Assembly (NCBI GenBank): GCA_047602735.1
Contig: JBLKOK010000004.1
Span: 13,480 to 77,479 of the forward strand
Direction: 5' to 3'
Length of the DNA stretch: 64,000 bases
Source: Candidatus Woesearchaeota archaeon
Lineage (GTDB): Archaea > Nanobdellota > Nanobdellia > Woesearchaeales > 21-14-0-10-32-9
The notes beneath the pieces are model-generated. The model did no database searches. It was not told where the DNA came from and saw nothing but the letters and a program-made list of their open reading frames with translations. Positions 53,338 to 61,413 of this stretch are shown piece by piece. Numbering within the stretch: position 1 is the stretch's first letter; each line of letters opens with the position of its first letter. The position numbers and the translations under genes were made by a program.

Positions 53338-53653
53338 AGAAACTGAAGAAAAGATAAATAAGCTTGCAATGTTTGAGCAAAATTCTCAGAAATTATTAAA
53401 TCAAAAGTATGCTTATCAAAATGAGTTACTTGAAATTGAGAGTGCTTTAGAAGAGTTAAAAAGTAGTTCTAGTTCTTATAGGATTTTAGGTAATGTTATG
53501 ATAAAATCTGATTCTAAAAAAATCAAAGCTGATTTAGATGAAAGAAAAGAATTAATTGCTTCTAGGATAAAAAGTATTGAGTCTCAAGAAAAGAATTTGT
53601 TTGATCAAGTAAAAAAATTACAATCTGAAGTTATGAATGAGTTAGATGGGTGA
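53330..53653 (+). CDS. pfdB: prefoldin subunit beta
   Basis: 107 aa: coiled coil, then a beta hairpin (YRILGNVMIKSD), then coiled coil. Confidence 0.8.
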   Translation: MNKETEEKINKLAMFEQNSQKLLNQKYAYQNELLEIESALEELKSSSSSYRILGNVMIKSDSKKIKADLDERKELIASRIKSIESQEKNLFDQVKKLQSEVMNELDG

Positions 53654-53659
53654 AAAGAA

Positions 53660-53899
53660 ATGGATTTAGATCATGTTATTGAAATGTTTGTAGAACTTGG
53701 TGAAGATTCTACTGTTTCTAAGGGTATAAGAGTTAAGATTGTGGCTATGAAAGAGGAGTTAGAAAACACAAAAGATGTTAGTTTGAGTGTTAATAAAGTT
53801 TTAAGTGATTTAGAAGAGTTATCTAGTGATGTTAATATTCCTGCATATGTTAGAACACAATTTTGGCATATAACTAGTGTGCTTGAATCTTTAAGCTAA
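53660..53899 (+). CDS. UPF0147-family protein
   Basis: 79 aa. EDSTVSKGIRVKI...LSSDVNIPAYVRTQFWHITSVLE parallels the UPF0147 pattern D.svPrNIRr...DpN.p...Rt.iW.i.s.LE. Confidence 0.65.
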   Translation: MDLDHVIEMFVELGEDSTVSKGIRVKIVAMKEELENTKDVSLSVNKVLSDLEELSSDVNIPAYVRTQFWHITSVLESLS

Positions 53900-54439
53900 T
53901 TTCCTGTAATTTTTTTCAAAGTAGCTATTTGGTATAATTATTCTGTCTTTTGTTTTAGTTCTCATTTCTACTCTAAGAAAGTTCTTACTTGTTACTTCTC
54001 CGTATACAAGTCCTACTCTTATTTTTTTACCTATAATGGTTTTTTTTCTAATTTTAAAACCTGCTATTAAGTTCTTTGGCATATCTTTTAATCCAAGAAT
54101 AATGCTGCCTATTATTACTAATGTTGATAATATTATTAAGAAGTTAAGAATTATATTTGCGATTCCTAGTTGGTTTAGTGCTAAAAAAAAGCTTATTGCA
54201 TAAATGGGTATACTCAAACTTAAACTAATAATATTTGTAATATTTATTTTTATAGGGCTTATTTTATTGACGGTTTTATCTGCTTGCATCTCTAAAAGTA
54301 TCTTTTTTATAAACATACTTGTAAGTTTACCAATCATTAAGCCAATAAGTAATATTAATATGGCTCCGCTAATATTGATTATTACGGGATTGATAGTTTC
54401 TGTTATTATGCTATCTTGACTATATGTCGCGATTTCCAT
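53891..54439 (-). CDS. small MscS-like mechanosensitive channel family protein
   Basis: 182 aa. Three TM helices, then IGKKIRVGLVYGEVTSKNFLRVEMRTKTKDRIIIPNSYF (MscS beta-domain pattern). No C-terminal vestibule domain. Confidence 0.5.
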   Translation of the reverse strand: MEIATYSQDSIITETINPVIINISGAILILLIGLMIGKLTSMFIKKILLEMQADKTVNKISPIKINITNIISLSLSIPIYAISFFLALNQLGIANIILNFLIILSTLVIIGSIILGLKDMPKNLIAGFKIRKKTIIGKKIRVGLVYGEVTSKNFLRVEMRTKTKDRIIIPNSYFEKNYRKLA

Positions 54440-54441
54440 TT

Positions 54442-56382
54442 TTATAAGGGTTCATATCTTAAAAGAAATACTTCGTCCACTTCTTTTATTTTAGTAAATT
54501 TCTCAAATTCTTTAATTATATCTTCTTTTGATTTATTAGCTTCAATTACTTCGTCGTATTTTACTTGTTCAAATCCTATTTTATCATGATTTTCAAAATT
54601 ATAAAGCTTAGAAAATGCATATTTATCTCCAAGTTCAATTCTATCGTTTTTCCTTGTAATAAATCCTCCTGCTACTAAGCTTTTTATTTGTTCTTTATCA
54701 TAATCTGTTTCTTTAATACTCTTATTCTTAAATACTTCTTTTAGTATACTTATTTGTTCTTTATTCAAAAGCTTCATATCGGGAACTCTCTTTGTTTTAA
54801 GTTCGTCCTTATTAGTAATTATTCCTCCATGAACTCTTTCTACAAGCAACTTATAACTCTTTGAACTATCTTCGCAAGTTAGCTGGTAACATGGAAGTAA
54901 AACGTATTTTAGCTTATCTGTACCTTCAATTATCATAACATCTTTTGGTTCGATATTTGGTTTTATTAGTGGTTTAAATTCTTCTTCTTTAAATTCTTCG
55001 AGTTTTGCAGTAAAATCTTCTTGGATTATATCTTTACTAGTTCCGCCATGCTTACTCTTTCTTGGTCTAATATTTACAAGAAGGGGCATATCTGTAATAC
55101 CTGTTATAAGTCCTTGTCCTATTACTAGGTTTTGTATCTCTTTTTCTGTATTTCCTGTAAGACCTTCTACGCTATTGCTAAGTGCTTTTAAGTCATTTGG
55201 ATTTGTAACTTTTAGTATAAGTTGTGTGCTACACTGACTTAAAACAGATTTATCTACTCTTGCAGGTCTTTGACTAATTATACAAAGGCCTAATCCGAAT
55301 TTTCTTCCTTCACTTGCTATGTTTCTTAAAATCTTACTGGATTTTGTCTCTCCAAAGCTTCTCTCTGGGCAATAGTTATGTGCTTCTTCTATTACAAAGA
55401 AAAATGGGGGTATCTTCTCTTTTTTCCTTAGTTCAAATAATTCTTTTGCTAGTTTATATACAATTATTTCTTGAACATCTGGGTTTATTCCTTTAAGATT
55501 AATTATTGTAGCGCTACCTTTCTTTACAAAGTTAGCATAGTTTACATTACTATTTGTAAAAACTTTTAAGTCTTTAATGTACTCAATCATATTCATAACG
55601 CTATATTTTGAGTTGCTCTCTTCTTGATCTAGTGCTAAAAGAAGTCCATCGATCTCGCTTGGTTCATATTTAAAAGCGCTATAAAGAAGTGCTAGTTGAC
55701 TACTATTTAATTTTCCGGGCAACAAATTAAGTATTTCTTCTTGTTGCATGTTAAGCTCAAGTTTTAATGGTTTAACACCTCTATTAATCTCTATATCTCC
55801 GTATTCTTCAACGTTAAATCCTTGTGCTTGAAGTCCAAATTTTGTAAGACGCTCCACGTCTTTTTGTTCATCGTTTTTATATTTTAAGGTATTATATTCT
55901 CCGTGAGGATCTATAATTATTAAAGGTATTTTTTTATCAATCATCTCTTCAAGCAAAACTCCTACAGCATAACTCTTTCCACTACCACTTTTTGCTAAAA
56001 CTGACATGTGCATACTTAAAACTTTATTAAGGTCTAATTGAACATCTATATCTTTGCCATCTAATTTACCTATTAGTCCTCCATATTCGCTTCCTTCAAG
56101 TTTAACTATTGTTTTAATAAACTCATCTTCTGCTTTAAGCACCTCGCTTCCAGGATCAAAAGGTATTCTTATTTTTTTTATACGTCCTTTATCTTTATAG
56201 CCAAGGATTTGACAATAAGCAATAGTATTATTATGGTCTGTTTCGAGTTCTATTACTTGACAAAGAACATACTCGTACGCTTTATGATATACTTGTACGT
56301 ATTCAAATTTCTTTGTTTGTTTTTCTACAACGAATTTAAAATCATTTGTTGTTATCTTTCCGGTTATTTTTCCAAGAATCAT
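54442..56382 (-). CDS. herA: HerA-family (DUF87) hexameric ATPase/helicase with about 190-aa C-terminal extension
   Basis: 646 aa. N-terminal HAS-barrel-like region. Walker A is LAKSGSGKSYAVG and Walker B is FFFVIEEAHNY. Also GRKFGLGLCIISQRPARVDKSVLSQCSTQLILKV. Confidence 0.8.
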   Translation of the reverse strand: MILGKITGKITTNDFKFVVEKQTKKFEYVQVYHKAYEYVLCQVIELETDHNNTIAYCQILGYKDKGRIKKIRIPFDPGSEVLKAEDEFIKTIVKLEGSEYGGLIGKLDGKDIDVQLDLNKVLSMHMSVLAKSGSGKSYAVGVLLEEMIDKKIPLIIIDPHGEYNTLKYKNDEQKDVERLTKFGLQAQGFNVEEYGDIEINRGVKPLKLELNMQQEEILNLLPGKLNSSQLALLYSAFKYEPSEIDGLLLALDQEESNSKYSVMNMIEYIKDLKVFTNSNVNYANFVKKGSATIINLKGINPDVQEIIVYKLAKELFELRKKEKIPPFFFVIEEAHNYCPERSFGETKSSKILRNIASEGRKFGLGLCIISQRPARVDKSVLSQCSTQLILKVTNPNDLKALSNSVEGLTGNTEKEIQNLVIGQGLITGITDMPLLVNIRPRKSKHGGTSKDIIQEDFTAKLEEFKEEEFKPLIKPNIEPKDVMIIEGTDKLKYVLLPCYQLTCEDSSKSYKLLVERVHGGIITNKDELKTKRVPDMKLLNKEQISILKEVFKNKSIKETDYDKEQIKSLVAGGFITRKNDRIELGDKYAFSKLYNFENHDKIGFEQVKYDEVIEANKSKEDIIKEFEKFTKIKEVDEVFLLRYEPL

Positions 56383-56440
56383 AGTATTTTATAAAATTCA
56401 ACAATCATTTATAATTATTTTCGTTTTAAGATATATGAGT

Positions 56441-56455
56441 AAGGTTTATATATTA
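56441..56455 (+). promoter_or_regulatory. BRE/TATA-like promoter element (aaggTTTATATAtta)
   Basis: TTTATATA at 56445-56452, 24 nt upstream of ATG 56476. Confidence 0.45.
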
Positions 56456-56475
56456 TTTTACTACTAAGAAGTATT

Positions 56476-56934
56476 ATGTCATCTGAATTAGCAGAATTTA
56501 AAATTTTTGAAAAAGTAGTATTAAAATTATATGCTTCTAAGAAGTTTGACGAGTTAGAAAATTTAAGAAAACAAGCTTTAACCAACAGTGAGGCATTAAA
56601 ATATTATTATATCTGTGATATTTTGGGTATAAGTCCTGAAGATAAACAATTATTTAGACGAGGTAATGACTTTTTAATGATTTTAAAAGAACAAGAAAAA
56701 GAGTTAGTTGATCAAAAAATTAAAGCTGAAAACAAAAAAATTACTGGTTTTTTAAAAGAAGCTGAAAACTTATTATCTCAAAACATGCTTCATCCTCCTT
56801 ATTGTAGAGGTATTTTAATAAAATATTTTGATAAATTCAAAGATTCTGGTAATCAACCTGTGAATAAAATGGAAGATAGTGCTGTAAAGACTTTATTTGT
56901 TAACATATATGAATCATATAAAAACAGACAATAA
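56476..56934 (+). CDS. hypothetical helical protein
   Basis: 152 aa with its own TATA-like box. No domain recognised. Confidence 0.4.
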   Translation: MSSELAEFKIFEKVVLKLYASKKFDELENLRKQALTNSEALKYYYICDILGISPEDKQLFRRGNDFLMILKEQEKELVDQKIKAENKKITGFLKEAENLLSQNMLHPPYCRGILIKYFDKFKDSGNQPVNKMEDSAVKTLFVNIYESYKNRQ

Positions 56935-57032
56935 ATTCCCAAACATATTTTATAACTACTAATAAGTAACGAAACATTTATATAGGTGTTTTATATACTC
57001 ATATTATAAATACTAATAGGGGTGTAATTTAA

Positions 57033-57257
57033 ATGGAAAATATGAGTGAAGAAAAACAAATAGGATTTCATCAAGGAGCATTAACAACACTAATTAAAGA
57101 AAAAGAAGCTTTAATGAATATGTTAAATGTAGTAGATCAACTAATCAATATGCATTCTAAAGGATTATCTGAACTAGGTGTAGATGTACAAAATCAAAGC
57201 TCAGCTGAAGAAAAAGAGCCAAGAAAAAAGAAAATGCCTATAGAAGATATATTATAA
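57033..57257 (+). CDS. hypothetical small coiled-coil protein
   Basis: 74 aa. Ends 5 nt before the next gene. No domain recognised. Confidence 0.35.
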   Translation: MENMSEEKQIGFHQGALTTLIKEKEALMNMLNVVDQLINMHSKGLSELGVDVQNQSSAEEKEPRKKKMPIEDIL

Positions 57258-57261
57258 GCTT

Positions 57262-58332
57262 ATGAAAAATAAATTTTACATAAATGACATAGATTCATTC
57301 ATTAAAAGTCTCTATGAAGACATAGACGAATTTAAAGATATTAATACATCTTTAAGAATTAAAGAAAACGACAAGTTTCAAGATGAATTAATAGAGCTAA
57401 TTGATTCTCATTTAGACGAAGCAACAATTAAGTATATGTCTATTCTTCATCATACCAGAAATCATAATAGGGAGAACGTATTAAAAAAATATTTAGGTAA
57501 AAGACTTCCTCAGATATTTCCAAAAAAATCAGATATAGTTCATGCTCTTGAAACAAAATCTGTTTCTAGAAAAACAAATAAAATAAAAACAAAGTTAGTA
57601 AATCCGACACCTTTCTCTTTAGATGATGGAATTCCTCATGTATCTGAAGCTCAAATAGAATATTTAGTAGATACAAATCCTGCTGATTTTTTGCATATGT
57701 TTAGAGATCACGATTTTCAAGATATTGAAGTATTATCTGTTTCTAACAAGTACGTAAGGGAAAGTACTGGTGAATCAGTTTCAATTAGAATAAAAAGAAA
57801 TGAGCGAGAATCTAAGAAAACAGTTGATAGAATTGTTGGAATTGGTCCGAGAATAATATACTATGATGGTTCTGGTTCTTTAGAAATATTAAAAGACTCA
57901 AAAAAAGCTTATGACTCGGTAGATAAAATAATAAGGCTTGGTGATGATAAAGATAAAATGCTTGGTCTTGAAATAAAATATCATGCACTTCCAATAAATT
58001 ATAATGAATCATTAGTAAATCAATCAGAAAAAAATGCAAAAAAAGCTCTTCAAGACATTCTCACAAAAGTTAGAAAAAACAAAAATTATGTTCCTGAAAG
58101 AGATAATAAATTAATGCCTGGAATTCAAATAAAAAGACATTTTGGAAGTGTTCCGATGGAAACTCAGTTATATACTCCTGGGTGGTTTAATTTTTATGAT
58201 AAATACCATAAATTAGCTTTTGTTCAAGGAAGAGCAGATAAACGAATTATTGATGCTAAAAACGCAGGTCTTGATAAAGTAGTACAATACTTAGATGAAA
58301 AGTTCAAACCAATATTCACTCTAAACTTATAG
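57262..58332 (+). CDS. hypothetical protein (weak RelA/SpoT-like nucleotidyltransferase motif order)
   Basis: 356 aa. DRIVGIGPRIIYY, KYHAL, PMETQLYT and YDKYHKLAF appear in the order of RSH Syn2-Syn5 motifs, but the spacing is atypical. Motif-level impression only. Confidence 0.4.
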   Translation: MKNKFYINDIDSFIKSLYEDIDEFKDINTSLRIKENDKFQDELIELIDSHLDEATIKYMSILHHTRNHNRENVLKKYLGKRLPQIFPKKSDIVHALETKSVSRKTNKIKTKLVNPTPFSLDDGIPHVSEAQIEYLVDTNPADFLHMFRDHDFQDIEVLSVSNKYVRESTGESVSIRIKRNERESKKTVDRIVGIGPRIIYYDGSGSLEILKDSKKAYDSVDKIIRLGDDKDKMLGLEIKYHALPINYNESLVNQSEKNAKKALQDILTKVRKNKNYVPERDNKLMPGIQIKRHFGSVPMETQLYTPGWFNFYDKYHKLAFVQGRADKRIIDAKNAGLDKVVQYLDEKFKPIFTLNL

Positions 58333-58333
58333 T

Positions 58334-58795
58334 TCATTCATTAACAACAATAAGTCTTCTACTTTTTGGAATACCTGTCAGTAAAATATTATTTTTAACG
58401 GTTCCAGAACCAATAAAATCATCTTCACATTTAACAATATAAATACCATTATCTACATTTACTGCAAGGTCTTCTCCTTTAAGCCAACTATGTCTTTGCT
58501 CTAGGGTTATATCTAAAACATTTTTTTTAGCTCTTGGTCCAATAATTTGACTACCTTCAATGCTTGGTCTAAAGCCATCGCTTTGATACTTACCAATATA
58601 CAGACCCATACTATCTATTCTATAATTATCGATATAGATATTAGTTAGCTCTGTATTAATTACATAGATTTTTTGTTTAGAACTTTCCATAAAAAAATAA
58701 TCTTGATCTAACTCAAAGTCGAATTGCTCTTTAAGCATCTTTAAAAACTTTTTTTTCTCTCGGCTATTATAAATAGTAAGATTCATACTCCCCAC
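58334..58795 (-). CDS. NIP7-like pre-PUA/PUA domain protein
   Basis: 153 aa. GLYIGKYQSDGFRPSIEGSQIIG... and WLKGEDLAV...IVKCEDDFIGSGTVKNNILLTGIPKSRRL fit the archaeal NIP7/UPF0113 pattern. Confidence 0.5.
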   Translation of the reverse strand: MGSMNLTIYNSREKKKFLKMLKEQFDFELDQDYFFMESSKQKIYVINTELTNIYIDNYRIDSMGLYIGKYQSDGFRPSIEGSQIIGPRAKKNVLDITLEQRHSWLKGEDLAVNVDNGIYIVKCEDDFIGSGTVKNNILLTGIPKSRRLIVVNE

Positions 58796-60540
58796 ACCGG
58801 ATTTTGTTTTCTTTTAATCTCTGCAATATCTTTTAAGATCTCTTTATCTTCTTCGCTTAAATATCTTTTAAGTTCTTTATAGCGCTTAAATTCTTCTTCA
58901 TTAATATCGGAATAATAAACTTCTCCTTCAAGAATTTGTCGTCCTCCAACAACTCTTGGAAGACTAACTGCTACTTGTCTTCCTTTCTCAGCACTATTAA
59001 TAGAATCTTTATCTGCTTGAATACTTTTAACTAATGTGAGTCTATCTCCTGCTCTGTTAATTAAATGAATATTTGTCTTTAATGTTCCTTTCAAAATTTC
59101 AACTCCTGCAATACAAGGGTTGCTTTGTCTAAAAATACAATTTTGTAAAACCTCAATTACGACTGGTGTTGTTAATTTTTCAAGTTCTTTTGCTTCCAAT
59201 TCTTTCTCTTTTTGCTTCATCCACTCTTCATATTCATCAATCAAAGCATAAATAACATCTCTAACAACAACATATACTTTATCTGTACTTTCTTCTTCTT
59301 TAATATTAAATCCTAGTATGCAACTATAAATTGGGTTTTCTTCAAAATTACTCTCAGCATCACTAATATCTTTTTTTGTAATATTACCTATACTTGCTTT
59401 TCTGATAGGGATATTTTTTTCACGTAAAAGCTTTGTTAATGCTTCTAAGCTTCCAATAGTATCTGCTTTAATTATAATTCCTTTCTTATCAGTATCTATT
59501 GTAACATTATTTATTTGATTATTAATTGTATTTTTAGTTTCTTCAACATCTCCCTTAATGCTATGAATTGGCATTCCTGCTATAACGTCATTTGGTATAT
59601 TTGAGCAACTAACTTTAACTCCTGTAGCTGCAACCATTTCCTTGACTGCTTTATACTTATTTTTTTTATCTCGCATATCTGTTAAATCTTGAGGCATAAA
59701 TAGTGCTTTAATCTTTGTCTCTTTTGGACCTGTGAGTGTTCCCAAAACAACTTCGTCTCCAACTCTAAGAGTTCCGTCATACAATATAACGTCTAAAGTA
59801 GTTCCAAGACCCACGCTTTCTTTTACTTCTAAAATAACTCCTTTACCAGGACCTTTAGCATTTAATGAAAGATTCTCTTCTAAATATCTTTGGCTCATGC
59901 CTGTAATAATCATAAGCATTTCTTCAAGACCAATTTTTTTTAGTGCACTACAAGGAACAATTGCCACTTGTTTTGTATAATTTGAAACTCTATCATATCT
60001 CTCGCACTCAATACCAAACTTCTCGTGCATATTACCTACGATTTCATAAAGCTTAGTCTCAATATGTGTTTTTACTGATTCGTTTTGTTTTGAAAAACTC
60101 TTCAAAAAATTAGGATCATTTTGAACATATCCAGAAACAAGATCTACTTTATTTGCAGCTATAATAAAAGGAGTTTTATAACTCTTCAAAATCTCTATAG
60201 CTTCAATTGTTTGAGGCTTAAAACCTTCGTTAATGTCAACAACAACTATGGCTATATCTGCTAAGTTACCGCCTCTTTTTCTAAGACTAGTAAAGGCTGC
60301 GTGTCCCGGAGTATCAATAAACAAAATCCCGGGAATTGTAAGCTTCATATTAAGCTGATTCATAAGTGCTCCACATCTTTTTTGTATAACGTGAAGTGGC
60401 ATAATACTTGCACCAATAGCCTGAGTTATTCCTCCTGCTTCTCCTTTAACAATATTACTACCTCTAAGACTATCTAAAATACTACTCTTGCCGTGATCTA
60501 CATGTCCAAGCACTGAAATAATTGGAGCTCTATTTACCAT
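58783..60540 (-). CDS. infB: translation initiation factor aIF5B (IF-2 homolog)
   Basis: 585 aa. G1 is VLGHVDHGKSS, G3 is DTPGH, G4 is NKVD. Followed by domains II-IV. Confidence 0.95.
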   Translation of the reverse strand: MVNRAPIISVLGHVDHGKSSILDSLRGSNIVKGEAGGITQAIGASIMPLHVIQKRCGALMNQLNMKLTIPGILFIDTPGHAAFTSLRKRGGNLADIAIVVVDINEGFKPQTIEAIEILKSYKTPFIIAANKVDLVSGYVQNDPNFLKSFSKQNESVKTHIETKLYEIVGNMHEKFGIECERYDRVSNYTKQVAIVPCSALKKIGLEEMLMIITGMSQRYLEENLSLNAKGPGKGVILEVKESVGLGTTLDVILYDGTLRVGDEVVLGTLTGPKETKIKALFMPQDLTDMRDKKNKYKAVKEMVAATGVKVSCSNIPNDVIAGMPIHSIKGDVEETKNTINNQINNVTIDTDKKGIIIKADTIGSLEALTKLLREKNIPIRKASIGNITKKDISDAESNFEENPIYSCILGFNIKEEESTDKVYVVVRDVIYALIDEYEEWMKQKEKELEAKELEKLTTPVVIEVLQNCIFRQSNPCIAGVEILKGTLKTNIHLINRAGDRLTLVKSIQADKDSINSAEKGRQVAVSLPRVVGGRQILEGEVYYSDINEEEFKRYKELKRYLSEEDKEILKDIAEIKRKQNPVWGV

Positions 60541-60597
60541 AATTATAACAAAGAACTAACACTTATTTAAATAAGTTAAGATTAAAAACAAACAATT

Positions 60598-61332
60598 CTA
60601 AATCCTTGTTTTATCTGAATCTATTTCCCATCTTTTATCAAAAACAAATAATTTACCGTCCCAATACTTTTCAGAACCTTCAAGCTTCATAAAATCTATT
60701 ATTCCTCCATTAAGCTTATAGATTTCATTAAAACCTTTACTTTTCATATAAGCTGAAGCTTTCTCACAGCGTATTCCGCCTGTACAATATGTAACGACTT
60801 TTTTATCTTTCAAATCTTCTAACTCGTCTACATATTTTTTAAAATCTCTAAATTTCTCTATGTTGGGATTATCTGCTCCTTTAAACTTACCAACTTCCCA
60901 TTCATAATCATTTCTAGCATCAATTATTACAAAATCTTCGCCTGACTTATACCATTTCATAAGTTCTTTTGGATCTAAAGGTTTACCGCCTCCATTACTA
61001 TGAGGGGTTATTCCGCTAACTCCTAGGGGAACTAATTCTTCTCTTATCTTAACAAGTGTTCTTTTAAAAGTCTGAATATCTGAAAGAGTAATACGACAAT
61101 CTAACTCTTCAAGATTAGAATCTATTTCTCCTATCTTATTCATAAATTTCTTAACATCATCTTTTAATCCACAAATAGCTCCGTTCACGCCCTCTGCAGA
61201 AATGATTATTTTTCCTTTAATATTATAATCTAGCATCATATCTCTTAGAGGAAATCTTTTATCTTCTATGTTTTTAAAATCAAAGTATTTGTAAAATGTT
61301 ATGGAATAATAATTCATAAGCTTACAAATCAT
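60598..61332 (-). CDS. trhO: rhodanese-domain protein, TrhO/UPF0176 family (tRNA U34 hydroxylase-like)
   Basis: 244 aa. N-terminal YceA-like ferredoxin fold, then a rhodanese domain with the active-site loop YCTGGIRCEKAS. Confidence 0.75.
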   Translation of the reverse strand: MICKLMNYYSITFYKYFDFKNIEDKRFPLRDMMLDYNIKGKIIISAEGVNGAICGLKDDVKKFMNKIGEIDSNLEELDCRITLSDIQTFKRTLVKIREELVPLGVSGITPHSNGGGKPLDPKELMKWYKSGEDFVIIDARNDYEWEVGKFKGADNPNIEKFRDFKKYVDELEDLKDKKVVTYCTGGIRCEKASAYMKSKGFNEIYKLNGGIIDFMKLEGSEKYWDGKLFVFDKRWEIDSDKTRI

Positions 61333-61413
61333 ACTTTTTTTTTAAAATTATCGCATATTAACAGAAAAATATATAAACTTAATACTAAGCATTTATGAGT
61401 GGGAGGAATACAT

